From: Chitinophagales bacterium
GTDB taxonomy: Bacteria > Bacteroidota > Bacteroidia > Chitinophagales > JADIYW01
Length of the DNA stretch: 64,000 bases
Direction of reading: 5' to 3'
Assembly (NCBI GenBank): GCA_020636535.1
Contig: JACJXT010000011.1
Coordinates: 776,680-840,679, forward strand
Under the pieces are notes generated by a model. The model had not been told where the DNA came from and searched no databases. It saw nothing but the letters and a program-made list of their open reading frames with translations. The position numbers were made by a program, and so were the translations under genes. Of the stretch, positions 1 through 9,979 are shown piece by piece; the stretch's first letter is position 1, and the number at the start of each line of letters is the position of its first letter.

Positions 1-119
1 ACCAAAGGTAGTTATGATTTTAGTTTAATACAACAAATAAAAATGAAAGTAGCGTATTTGGCAAATAGCATAAATTCGGCTTGGTTTCATCATTTTAATA
101 GAAATAAAAAATATAAATA

Positions 120-1049
120 ATGAGAGTATTAATAACAGGTGGTGCAGGTTATTTAGGAACTGAATTAGTTAAAAAACTAGTTCAAATGAAATCAGTTGAT
201 GAAATTATTGTTTATGACAACTTAAGCAAAGGTGCCTACAATTTCTTTTTGTGTACTTGTATTGGTGGCGATAATATTAAATTTATTGAAGGTGATATTT
301 TAGATACTAGGAAATTAAAAAAATCGCTAGATGGAATTGATGTATTGATTCATGCTGCTGCAAAAATTTCTACACCATATGCAGAGCAAGATCCACATAT
401 GTACGAGCAAGTAAATCATTGGGGAAGTGCAGAATTAAGTTATGCCATAGAAGAAAGCAATATCAAAAAGTTTATACATATAAGTAGTGTATCGGTTTAT
501 GGTTCATCGCCAAAAAATAAATTATTAGATGAACAATCTAAACTCAATCCAAGAACAAATTATGGCATTTCTAAAATGCGTGGCGAATCTTTTTCCGAAA
601 GATTATTAGATAAACTTCCAACTTATATTCTACGATTAGGCAACTTGTATGGCTTCAATCAAACCATGCGTTTCGATGCTGTTATTAATAAGTTTGCTTT
701 TGATGCTAATTTTCTAAATAAGATTTCTATTCATGGAGATGGACGACAAGAACGCTCTTTTATTCATGTTGATAAAGCAGCAAAAGTAATTACTGGAATT
801 GTAGATACGGAATTAACTCCAGGTATTTATAATCTAGTAGATAGCAATAGATCTGTAATGGACATTGCTTTAACTTTTAAAGAGATATTTCCGCAGTTAG
901 AAATGCAATTCATCAATCAACATTTACAGTTGAGAAATCTTACGATTAATCCAAATTGTAAGATTTTTAATAGCTTGCCAATAGCGTCCACTAATTTTAA
1001 ATTAGAGATGGAACACATGTTGGCACAGTTTGCATTTCAATCTTGTTAA
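120..1049 (+). CDS. NAD-dependent epimerase/dehydratase family (extended SDR) protein
   Basis: N-terminal Rossmann motif ITGGAGYLG and a YxxxK catalytic motif (YGISK). The 309-aa length is typical of the family. Confidence 0.8.
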   Translation: MRVLITGGAGYLGTELVKKLVQMKSVDEIIVYDNLSKGAYNFFLCTCIGGDNIKFIEGDILDTRKLKKSLDGIDVLIHAAAKISTPYAEQDPHMYEQVNHWGSAELSYAIEESNIKKFIHISSVSVYGSSPKNKLLDEQSKLNPRTNYGISKMRGESFSERLLDKLPTYILRLGNLYGFNQTMRFDAVINKFAFDANFLNKISIHGDGRQERSFIHVDKAAKVITGIVDTELTPGIYNLVDSNRSVMDIALTFKEIFPQLEMQFINQHLQLRNLTINPNCKIFNSLPIASTNFKLEMEHMLAQFAFQSC

Positions 1050-1161
1050 TTTAATTCTAAGAAAAAGTTAAAAGTCAAAAAATATACTTAAGATAATCCT
1101 TCCAGCGTTATTGTATAGTATTATTGCAGTAGGGTTTTTATGTTTCTAGACTTTTAAAGTC

Positions 1162-1196
1162 AAGCGGATACGTGCAATGTGTGTCCGCTTTTTTTA
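1162..1196 (+). terminator. Rho-independent terminator after the epimerase gene
   Basis: Hairpin aagcgga(tac)...(gtg)tccgctt followed by a T7 run. It overlaps the stop of the convergent minus-strand gene. Confidence 0.6.
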
Positions 1197-2444
1197 TTTC
1201 CCTTTAATCTCAATGATAGATAATTCTGGTGGCATACCAATTCTTCCAGGATAACCAATAAAACCAATTCCTCTGTTTACATTTAAATATTGCTCACCTT
1301 TTTGATACCAACCAGCCCACTGTTTGTACAATGCTTGAAATGGTGACCATTTAATATTCATAGAAGGTATTTCTACACCAAACTGAAAACCATGAGTATG
1401 TCCAGAAAAGGTAATATCTATATCTTGATATTGTGCTTTGCTATTTACTTCCATGTCCCAATGCGATGGATCATGACTTAGTAGTAACTTTACATCAGTT
1501 GCAGGCATATTGTTTGTAGCAAGATGTAAATCACCCAAAGATTTATTATAAGCTCTGCTACCAATATAATGAACGCCAATTAGTCCAATATTTAAATTGT
1601 TAATATTTAAAACTTCATGTTCATTTTGTAGTACACGCCAACCTAAACTTTGCTGAAAACTTAAAAAATCTTTATTGTTCTGAAGTAAATCAGCTTCATT
1701 GTCCCATTCTTTATAATTACCATAATCATGATTACCATAAATAGAATAAACACCATATTTAGTTTTGATATTTTTAAATATTTCTTTATACGGAAATGCT
1801 TCCTTTGCAATAACATTCACCAAATCACCAGTAAATAATAAAAAATCTACTTGTTCTTTATTAATAGTATCCACTAGTTTTTGTATAAAATTGGTATTAG
1901 CAAAACTACCTAAATGCATATCAGAAATATGTGCTAATTTTATTCCTTTTGAATTTGATGGAATTTGTTTTAAACGAATAGTATTTCTAGTAATGTTTAA
2001 ATGATAAGCACCACGCAAAATTCCATAAATAGTACTAGCAAAAACAGTAGTACCTACAACCAAACTCGCTTTGTAAAAAAACTGTAATCGAGTAATTCCA
2101 TTACCATTTAGATTATTAGTATTAGGTTTACTAAATAACTTCTGAAATAAAAATATAATATCTGTAATAAGGAAAAACACAAGCATAAATATTTTAGTCA
2201 AAAAATATGCTTCAGAAATTCCCATCAATAAATTCTTAGTCCAACCACTCCATTCTCTATAACCTTTAAAATAAAGAACTGCTAGAGTAATATAAGGTAT
2301 AGATGCAATAATAAAAAATAATATTCTAAATAATAATTTAAAATTGTCTGATACAATGTAGTGCATCATCACTTTGTAGAAATAAATATCGGTTACTATA
2401 AAAAGTAGTAATGCTATTAAAATAAATGCCATAAAAAATTCCAT
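1194..2444 (-). CDS. Membrane-anchored metallophosphoesterase (calcineurin-like)
   Basis: Phosphoesterase motifs HISDMHLG, GDLV, GNHDY and GHTHG, preceded by several hydrophobic N-terminal helices. Confidence 0.85.
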   Translation of the reverse strand: MEFFMAFILIALLLFIVTDIYFYKVMMHYIVSDNFKLLFRILFFIIASIPYITLAVLYFKGYREWSGWTKNLLMGISEAYFLTKIFMLVFFLITDIIFLFQKLFSKPNTNNLNGNGITRLQFFYKASLVVGTTVFASTIYGILRGAYHLNITRNTIRLKQIPSNSKGIKLAHISDMHLGSFANTNFIQKLVDTINKEQVDFLLFTGDLVNVIAKEAFPYKEIFKNIKTKYGVYSIYGNHDYGNYKEWDNEADLLQNNKDFLSFQQSLGWRVLQNEHEVLNINNLNIGLIGVHYIGSRAYNKSLGDLHLATNNMPATDVKLLLSHDPSHWDMEVNSKAQYQDIDITFSGHTHGFQFGVEIPSMNIKWSPFQALYKQWAGWYQKGEQYLNVNRGIGFIGYPGRIGMPPELSIIEIKGK

Positions 2445-2516
2445 ATAATCAATTATAACACAAAACTAAGGAGCTTGTTTATAAAAATATCTACTAAATT
2501 GTATTATTTTTAAAAC

Positions 2517-4187
2517 ATGGATTTTAAATCTCTATTTAGAACAAAAAATATTGCTTCTATATTACAAGAAGCAAAACTAAAAGATGCTGCTAGTACAGAA
2601 GGCGAATTAAAAAGAAATCTTACAGTAAGAGATTTAGCAATGCTAGGAATTGCAGCCATTGTAGGTGCTGGTATTTTTAGTACTATTGGTCAAGCTTGTT
2701 TTGATGGCGGACCAGCAGTAAGTTTATTGTTTATTGGAATTGCCATAGCTTGTGGTTTTTCTGCTTTGTGTTATGCCGAGTTTGCTTCTCGCATTCCAAT
2801 TTCTGGTAGTGCTTATACTTATGCTTATGCAACTTTTGGCGAAATTATTGCTTGGATAATTGGTTGGGATTTAATTTTAGAATATGCTATAGGAAATATA
2901 ACAGTATCTATTGCTTGGTCTGGTAACTTTGTCAAATTTTTGTCCGATTGTGGTGTGCATTTACCACAGTACTTAACTACAAGTTTCTTAGAAGCACAAA
3001 AATATATGCCAGAATTATATGCATCAGCACCAAAACTATTTGGTATTCCGTTTATAATTAATATTCCGGCATTTTGTATTAATGCATTAATTACTTGGTT
3101 GGTATATATCGGAATTAAAGAATCTAAAAACTTTGCAAACGGAATGGTTATTTTTAAAGTACTAGTAATTATAGTGATTATATTAATAGGATTATTTTAT
3201 ATTCAACCAGAAAACTGGTCGCCTTTTGCTCCTAATGGTTTCGGTGGCGTTATCAAAGGTGTATCTGCTGTATTTTTTGCATATATTGGTTTTGATGCTA
3301 TTTCTACTACTGCAGAAGAATGTAAAGATCCACAAAAAGATTTACCAAAAGGTATGATTTATGCATTAATTATAGCAACAGTATTGTATGTTTTAGTCGC
3401 ACTAGTATTAACAGGAATGGTGCATTATACCAAACTCAACAACGAAGCATTTTTAGCCAATGCTTTTACAGAAATTGGTTTAAATTGGATGGGTGGTTTA
3501 ATTGCATTTAGTGCATTAATTGCTACGGCAAGTGTATTGCTTGTATTTCAAATTGGTCAACCAAGAATTTGGATGAGTATGAGTAGAGATGGTTTACTAC
3601 CTAAGAAATTTGCTACTATTCACAAACGATTTAAAACACCATCTTATGCTACTATTATAACTGGTTTAATTGTAGGTATTCCTTCTTTATTTTTAGATAT
3701 AAATTTAGTAACTGATTTATGTAGTATCGGAACACTTTTTGCATTTGTTTTAGTTTGTGGAGGTGTTTTAATTTTAAACAAAAATGATGCAGATAATCAA
3801 TATCAACCAAGTGATGATTTAAAACCAAAGTTTAAAGTAAAATATATTAATGGAAGATATTTTATTATTCTTGTTTGGATTTTAATTACACTATTTCTAG
3901 TAAAATACGAACCTAATTTTATAAACAGTGCATTTAGTTTTGAAGGTGGATTTTCTACTTGGCATCATCAAATACCATTTTGGATTTTTTTATTGGTTTC
4001 AGTTATTATAACCATATATACTATTAAAAACAAATGGTCTTTAATTCCAGTACTCGGATTTTTAAGTTGTGCATATTTACTGTCTACACTTGGAGTTGCT
4101 AATTGGCTAAGATTTATTGTTTGGATGTTAGTCGGACTACTAATTTATTTTGTTTATAGTTATAGAAAAAGTAAGCTGAATAAATAA
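2517..4187 (+). CDS. Amino acid permease (APC superfamily)
   Basis: 556 aa with about 12-14 hydrophobic segments. The N-terminal LGIAAIVGAGIF and FAYIGFD motifs are typical of APC/cationic amino acid transporters. Confidence 0.85.
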   Translation: MDFKSLFRTKNIASILQEAKLKDAASTEGELKRNLTVRDLAMLGIAAIVGAGIFSTIGQACFDGGPAVSLLFIGIAIACGFSALCYAEFASRIPISGSAYTYAYATFGEIIAWIIGWDLILEYAIGNITVSIAWSGNFVKFLSDCGVHLPQYLTTSFLEAQKYMPELYASAPKLFGIPFIINIPAFCINALITWLVYIGIKESKNFANGMVIFKVLVIIVIILIGLFYIQPENWSPFAPNGFGGVIKGVSAVFFAYIGFDAISTTAEECKDPQKDLPKGMIYALIIATVLYVLVALVLTGMVHYTKLNNEAFLANAFTEIGLNWMGGLIAFSALIATASVLLVFQIGQPRIWMSMSRDGLLPKKFATIHKRFKTPSYATIITGLIVGIPSLFLDINLVTDLCSIGTLFAFVLVCGGVLILNKNDADNQYQPSDDLKPKFKVKYINGRYFIILVWILITLFLVKYEPNFINSAFSFEGGFSTWHHQIPFWIFLLVSVIITIYTIKNKWSLIPVLGFLSCAYLLSTLGVANWLRFIVWMLVGLLIYFVYSYRKSKLNK

Positions 4188-4260
4188 CATTTTTTTATTA
4201 ATTTTAAGAAATTATCGGAAACGAAATTAAGATATTTGTAAACATCAAAATTTCAAAAAA

Positions 4261-4740
4261 ATGCGAAAGTTATTTTTGTCTATTGTCTTATCTTTATTTG
4301 TTTTTATCTCATTTGCTAAAGGTCAAGACAGATTAATTTTACCACAGCCATTAACATTTAAAGAACACGCTAACGATGTAACACAGAATAATGATGAAAC
4401 ACTAGATTTTATTGCTGATTATTTAAAGCAAAATCCACTAGTCACTAAGCTGTTGATAGAATGCCATGTTTTTACAGAAGCTAGTGAGCAAGAAAATCTT
4501 TCATTGAGTCTACAAAGAGCAGCAATTGTTGGTTACTACTTAACCGAAAAAGGAATTAATTGCAGCCGTTTAATCATAACAGGTTTTGGTAATTCTAGTC
4601 CAGCTGTAGGAGCAACTGATAATCAAGATAATACTAGAATTGAGTTTTTTCCAGCAGAATATGATGGGAAACAAACACTAGATTATAATTTAAATGATCC
4701 AAACCTTAGGCAGTACGATCCTTGTGAAATTGACAATTGA
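4261..4740 (+). CDS. Secreted OmpA-C-like domain protein
   Basis: Signal peptide, then a segment resembling an OmpA C-terminal peptidoglycan-associating domain (LSLQRAAIVGYYLTEKGI...GFGNSSP). Confidence 0.55.
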   Translation: MRKLFLSIVLSLFVFISFAKGQDRLILPQPLTFKEHANDVTQNNDETLDFIADYLKQNPLVTKLLIECHVFTEASEQENLSLSLQRAAIVGYYLTEKGINCSRLIITGFGNSSPAVGATDNQDNTRIEFFPAEYDGKQTLDYNLNDPNLRQYDPCEIDN

Positions 4741-5819
4741 TGCATAGCAAACATTCTGCTCACGAAAAAAGATATTTAAAGCAAACCATATTAAAACAAG
4801 TTGGCATTGAAGGTCAACAAAAATTAATCGAAGCTAAAATTTTAGTAGTTGGTGCTGGAGCATTGGCAAGTCCTGTACTACAATATTTAACAGCAGCTGG
4901 TATTGGTACAATAGGTATCATTGATGATGATATAGTCTCAGAAAGCAATTTACATAGACAAGTACTATTCACTACAAATGATATTGGTTTTGCTAAAGTT
5001 CAAATAGTAAAAGACAGACTAAATGCTCAAAATCCATTAGTCAATATTGAAACTTATAAAGAACGATTATCTATTAAAAATGCAATTGACATTATAAATA
5101 AATATGATATTATTGTAGATTGCACTGATAATTTTCCTACACGATATTTAGTAAACGATGCATGTATAAAATGTAATAAACCTTTTGTTTACGGAGCAAT
5201 AGAAGCTTTTTTCGGACAAGTTGCTGTGTTTAATTATCAACAAAGTGCTTCGTATCGTTGTCTTTTTCCAGAAATTCCAAAAGCCAACAAACTCAATTGT
5301 AATGAATTAGGTGTTATAGGCATTTTGCCAAATATTATTGGTAGTTTACAAGCTAATGAAGTTATTAAAATGATATTAGGAATTGGTAATATATTATCTA
5401 ATAAATTATTAACTTATAATGCACTAACTAATGAGTCCAAGCAATTTAATATCAAAAGAAATGATACTATTATTGATATAATTAAACAATATCCATTACA
5501 AGAAGAAGTAATAGAGAATTGTGAAGTACAAAACAGCATTAAAAACATTAGTAGTGATGAATTTAAATCATTACAACACAACAACGATTACACTATCTTA
5601 GATGTAAGACAAATAGGAGAACACCCAATACTACAACAAGACAATGTACTCAATATTAGTCTAGCATTATTGCCATTCAAACTACAAGATTTAGACAAGC
5701 AACAACATTATATAGTAGTTTGCCAAAGTGGAGCAAGAAGCAAACAAGCAGCACAGTTATTAGCAGACAATAACTTTAAACACATCTACAACTTAGAAAA
5801 TGGTTTATTGAGTTTGTAG
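4740..5819 (+). CDS. ThiF/MoeB-family adenylyltransferase fused to a C-terminal rhodanese domain
   Basis: Nucleotide-binding loop VVGAGALASP, an E1-like core (DCTDNFPTRYLVND) and a rhodanese active-site loop CQSGARS. The ATG at 4740 overlaps the upstream stop (TGATG); the track start at 4737 is a TTG. Confidence 0.8.
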   Translation: MHSKHSAHEKRYLKQTILKQVGIEGQQKLIEAKILVVGAGALASPVLQYLTAAGIGTIGIIDDDIVSESNLHRQVLFTTNDIGFAKVQIVKDRLNAQNPLVNIETYKERLSIKNAIDIINKYDIIVDCTDNFPTRYLVNDACIKCNKPFVYGAIEAFFGQVAVFNYQQSASYRCLFPEIPKANKLNCNELGVIGILPNIIGSLQANEVIKMILGIGNILSNKLLTYNALTNESKQFNIKRNDTIIDIIKQYPLQEEVIENCEVQNSIKNISSDEFKSLQHNNDYTILDVRQIGEHPILQQDNVLNISLALLPFKLQDLDKQQHYIVVCQSGARSKQAAQLLADNNFKHIYNLENGLLSL

Positions 5820-5832
5820 TAGAATTATCTTC

Positions 5833-6705
5833 TCAACTATTTTTCTTCCAAGGAAATAACTTAGAAACAGCATCAATATACTGCTGATAATTTTTTCTCT
5901 TTGCTAAATTTCTTTTTTCCATCAACGGAATACTAATGAAATAAAATAATCCAAACATTAATAAACTACCAATACCCAAATACCATTGATGAATATCGCA
6001 AGCAAGCATCATCACATACAATCCTAGCCAAAATAAAATTTCTCCAAAGTAATTCGGATGCCTAGAATATTGCCAAAGTCCAGTTGTAATAAATTTATCT
6101 TTAGCGTGTGTAGCTCTAAATCGTTTACTTTGTATATCAGCAATTAACTCAAATAAAATACCAACAATAGCAATTAAAACACCAATAATATATAAAGGAA
6201 CTATATTAATATGATATGCAGAAATAATATAATAGCAAGGAATTAAAGCAACAAATACTAATACCGTAGGAAATAAATGAATACCAAAAAAGTTAACCAA
6301 TGGAAACCACTTACCATTTTGATTTCTCAACTCAGTATAACGCCAGTCTTCATCATGTAAACCTTTCCAACCATAATGCCAGTTTAAAGTTAGTCGTACC
6401 GACCAAAATAAAACAACTAATAATAATATATTATTTTTGAATGATATAAAATTGCTATACTCTAAATTGTTCCAGTACATTAAAATAATTGGAGGAACAA
6501 CACTCCAATAGGCATCATAAATACTAGAATTGTTATAGATACTACTACCAATAAAAATAACAAAAGTGGCTAGCACATTAGCCAAAAAAGATTTCAATAA
6601 AATATGCGTAGTGTGTGGTAGCACAAACTGAAATAAAACAAAGGCAGAAATAGCAGCAATCAAATACCAAATAAAAACAATTATGGTCGATTTGGTTTTA
6701 TTCAT
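5833..6705 (-). CDS. DUF1295 / steroid-5-alpha-reductase-like membrane protein
   Basis: Polytopic membrane protein with the C-terminal motif YSRHPNYFGE typical of the DUF1295/ICMT-like fold. Confidence 0.7.
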   Translation of the reverse strand: MNKTKSTIIVFIWYLIAAISAFVLFQFVLPHTTHILLKSFLANVLATFVIFIGSSIYNNSSIYDAYWSVVPPIILMYWNNLEYSNFISFKNNILLLVVLFWSVRLTLNWHYGWKGLHDEDWRYTELRNQNGKWFPLVNFFGIHLFPTVLVFVALIPCYYIISAYHINIVPLYIIGVLIAIVGILFELIADIQSKRFRATHAKDKFITTGLWQYSRHPNYFGEILFWLGLYVMMLACDIHQWYLGIGSLLMFGLFYFISIPLMEKRNLAKRKNYQQYIDAVSKLFPWKKNS

Positions 6706-6812
6706 ACACTAAATATAAGCATAATTTTATAGCTTGTAACGCTAAATACAATCATAACATTAAGTAAAAGCAATTTTCTATACCTTTGATTGATAATAAA
6801 CACATTAACAAA

Positions 6813-7370
6813 ATGAAAGTATTGGTATTGGATAATTATGATTCTTTTGTATATAATTTAGTGCATTATATAGAAGAATTTAATGTTACCGTTGATGTTT
6901 TTAGAAATGATAAAATTTCATTAGAAGCTGTAGCACAGTACGATAAAATTTTACTATCACCAGGACCAGGAATTCCAGAAGAAGCTGGCATCTTATTACC
7001 ATTAATAGAAAAATATGCTGCTACAAAACCAATATTAGGTGTGTGTTTAGGTCATCAAGCAATTGGTCAGGTTTTTGGTTCAGAGCTTTATAACATAGGA
7101 GAGGTGGTGCATGGTAAAGTTAGAAATACAACTATAGTAGAAGACGATTATATATTTAATGGAATCGACAAAAATTTTGATAGCGGAAGATACCATTCAT
7201 GGGCAATTAAAAATGTAGTAGCACCATTAATTGTTACAGCAGTTGATGATGATAATATTGTACAAGCAGTAAAACACGAATTGTATGATGTAAGAGGCGT
7301 ACAATTTCATCCAGAAAGCATCATGACACCATCAGGAAAAACCATGATTAAAAATTGGTTAGAGTATTAA
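6813..7370 (+). CDS. trpG: Anthranilate synthase component II (glutamine amidotransferase, TrpG/PabA type)
   Basis: Class I GATase motifs GVCLGHQ and FHPES, directly upstream of trpD and trpC. I prefer the ATG at 6813 over the TTG at 6786. Confidence 0.85.
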   Translation: MKVLVLDNYDSFVYNLVHYIEEFNVTVDVFRNDKISLEAVAQYDKILLSPGPGIPEEAGILLPLIEKYAATKPILGVCLGHQAIGQVFGSELYNIGEVVHGKVRNTTIVEDDYIFNGIDKNFDSGRYHSWAIKNVVAPLIVTAVDDDNIVQAVKHELYDVRGVQFHPESIMTPSGKTMIKNWLEY

Positions 7371-7535
7371 AATTAAGTCTTGTCTAGTATTTTTACTTGA
7401 CAAATATTTTATAGAAAATTGTAAAATTAGCATTCATTCGTCTATGCTGAGCGAAGCGAAGTATCTCTATTAAATTTCTATTTCCTTTTAATACTCCATA
7501 AAAGTGATGTACTAATATTATTATCTTTGTTGCTT

Positions 7536-8543
7536 ATGAAAGCATTTTTAGAGACATTATATCAAGGAAAAAAACTCAATGCTAAAGATGCTGAAAAATT
7601 AATGCTTGGTGTAGCAAACGGACAATTTGAAACAGCTCAGATTGCAGCATTACTCTCTGTTTATAATATGCGAATGCCAAGTAGTCAAGAGTTAATTGGC
7701 TTTAGAAAAGCAATGTTGTCTTTAGCCAATCCAATTCAGTTTAAACAAACCGAAACACTAGATATTGTAGGTACTGGTGGTGATGGAAAGAATACATTTA
7801 ATATTTCTACACTAGCATGTTTTGTTTGTGCTGGTGCAGGAATTCCAGTTACAAAACATGGTAATTATGGTGTGTCTTCTGTTTCTGGTTCGTCTAATGT
7901 GTTAGAAGCGTTAGGCATTCGTTTTACCAACGACAAAAAGATTTTGCAAGAAGAACTAAACAATGCAAATATTACTTTTCTACATGCACCATTATTTCAT
8001 CCTGCAATGAAAACAGTAGCTCCAATTAGAAAATCACTACAAGTAAGAACCGTTTTCAACCTACTAGGACCACTAATTAATCCTTCTCAGCCAAAACATC
8101 AAATCATTGGTGTTTATCATCCAACAATTGGCAATTTATACCAACAAGTAATGGCTACAACAGCTACTAATTTTTCTATAGTACACGCTAAAGATGGCTA
8201 CGATGAAATTTCATTAACTGGCGATGCTATTATTTGGAAGAAAAGCAGTAAAACGCTGTTTCAAAAATACAATAGAGCAATCTTTAAAAAACATACTCAA
8301 AAAAGTATTCATGGTGGTACTACGCTTAAAAGTAATGCTACAATATTCACCAATATATTAAACAATAAAGCTACAGAAGCACAAAAAGAAGTAGTGTTAG
8401 CTAATGCTGCACTAGCAATTGCTTTGGTGAAAAATTTAAAATATCAAGAAGCCGTTGATATTGCAAAAGATAGTTTAGAAACTGGAAAAGCAAAAGCAAG
8501 TTTAAATAATTTAATAGCTGTTTGTAATGAATATATTAGATAA
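7536..8543 (+). CDS. trpD: Anthranilate phosphoribosyltransferase
   Basis: Motifs GTGGDG and KHGN, with the expected family-wide length. I prefer the ATG at 7536 over the TTG at 7527. Confidence 0.9.
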   Translation: MKAFLETLYQGKKLNAKDAEKLMLGVANGQFETAQIAALLSVYNMRMPSSQELIGFRKAMLSLANPIQFKQTETLDIVGTGGDGKNTFNISTLACFVCAGAGIPVTKHGNYGVSSVSGSSNVLEALGIRFTNDKKILQEELNNANITFLHAPLFHPAMKTVAPIRKSLQVRTVFNLLGPLINPSQPKHQIIGVYHPTIGNLYQQVMATTATNFSIVHAKDGYDEISLTGDAIIWKKSSKTLFQKYNRAIFKKHTQKSIHGGTTLKSNATIFTNILNNKATEAQKEVVLANAALAIALVKNLKYQEAVDIAKDSLETGKAKASLNNLIAVCNEYIR

Positions 8544-9312
8544 AATAGTAGCACATAAAAAGCAGGAAGTTTTAACTGCAAAAGAAAAGGTATCTATTAA
8601 AAAGTTAGAAAATGAAATATATTTTACTAGAGCGACTAATTCGTTAAAGCAACAGTTTATTAATAAAAATATAGGAATTATTGCAGAATTTAAACGACAG
8701 TCGCCAAGCAAAGGAATTATTAATGATGTTGTTACGCCATTAGATGTCGTACTTGGTTATGAGCAAGCTGGAGCCATTGCAAGTTCTATTTTAACCGATT
8801 CATTTTTTTTTGGTGGACAAAATCAAGATATATTAGAGGTACGAGATAGTGTAAGCATTCCAATTTTGCGTAAAGAATTCATGATAGATGAATATCAAAT
8901 TGTAGAAGCAAAAGCGATTGGTGCAGATGTTATTTTATTGATAGCAGCAATCTTAACCAAGCAAGAAATTAAATCGTTTACTACACTTGCACATCAATTA
9001 GGTTTAGAAGTATTGCTAGAGTTACACGATACTGAAGAGCTAGATAAAATTGATATTGATGTTGATTTAATAGGCATCAACAACAGAAATTTAAAAACAT
9101 TTAAGGTAGATATTGAACACAGTATTAAAATGTCGGACTATCTACAAAACGATTTTATTAAAATTGCAGAAAGTGGATTATCTGAAGTTGCTACAGTTAA
9201 AAATTTATACCAAGCAGGTTTTAAAGGATTTTTAATGGGCGAAAACTTTATGAAAACTGAAAATCCAGCTTTGAGTTGTAAAAATTTTATAGCACAAATT
9301 GATATAAACTAA
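8527..9312 (+). CDS. trpC: Indole-3-glycerol phosphate synthase
   Basis: Signature IAEFKRQSPSKG and a TIM-barrel length of 261 aa. It overlaps the trpD stop by 17 nt, which suggests coupling. Confidence 0.9.
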   Translation: MNILDKIVAHKKQEVLTAKEKVSIKKLENEIYFTRATNSLKQQFINKNIGIIAEFKRQSPSKGIINDVVTPLDVVLGYEQAGAIASSILTDSFFFGGQNQDILEVRDSVSIPILRKEFMIDEYQIVEAKAIGADVILLIAAILTKQEIKSFTTLAHQLGLEVLLELHDTEELDKIDIDVDLIGINNRNLKTFKVDIEHSIKMSDYLQNDFIKIAESGLSEVATVKNLYQAGFKGFLMGENFMKTENPALSCKNFIAQIDIN

Positions 9313-9331
9313 GCAACATAGATTCAATACA

Positions 9332-9913
9332 TTACTTCTTCTTTTTACATTTTTTCTTTTTAGAATCGGTTTTTATATCATCAGAAGAAATAGAATTGTG
9401 CTCTATAATTTCTTCTTGTTCTATATTCTGTTCTTGATTATTGTTGTCTATATCTTCAGTTGATTCAGCTACATCATTCGGATGCTCAATTTCGTAATTC
9501 ATATTCATAATCATAAGTTTGCTAAGCAATTCATCTACTGTTAGCAAACCAGAAAATCGTTCTAAAATACTATCATTGCTATCAAAAATCATGGTAGTAG
9601 GATAGATAGTTACATTGTGTTCTTCTGCTAAATCCATAAACTCAAAATAGTCTACATCAGCTTTTAATACAACAAAGTTATCGTGTAGATATTGGTTGAC
9701 TTCTTGATTGGTGAAAACTTCATTTTCTAGTTTCTTACAAGGAATACACCATTTTGCACCAAAAACAACCATCAGTTTTTTGTTTTGTTGATTGGCTATT
9801 TCATGTACTTCATCGTAGCTGCCTTTGGTATAAAATTGAGAAGCATCAAAATTTTGTGCTACAGAAGTGCTGAGTATAAGAATGGAAATTAGTGTAAAGA
9901 ATAATTGTTTCAT
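9332..9913 (-). CDS. Secreted thioredoxin-fold protein with an acidic/lysine-rich C-terminal tail
   Basis: Signal peptide starting at MKQLFFTLISIL, CxxC motif WCIPCKKL, and a low-complexity tail ending KKKKCKKKK. The start is moved to the internal Met that precedes the signal peptide. Confidence 0.7.
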   Translation of the reverse strand: MKQLFFTLISILILSTSVAQNFDASQFYTKGSYDEVHEIANQQNKKLMVVFGAKWCIPCKKLENEVFTNQEVNQYLHDNFVVLKADVDYFEFMDLAEEHNVTIYPTTMIFDSNDSILERFSGLLTVDELLSKLMIMNMNYEIEHPNDVAESTEDIDNNNQEQNIEQEEIIEHNSISSDDIKTDSKKKKCKKKK

Positions 9914-9979
9914 AGTAAAAAATAAAAAAACCGTATTACGAATATAGCAATACGGTTTCAAAATTAATGCCAAAAAAGC

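Noticed and set aside
41-54. 13-mer aaatgaaagtagc shared with 18694-18706
   Set aside because: A single short AT-rich match is not enough evidence for a repeat family without a genome-wide search.
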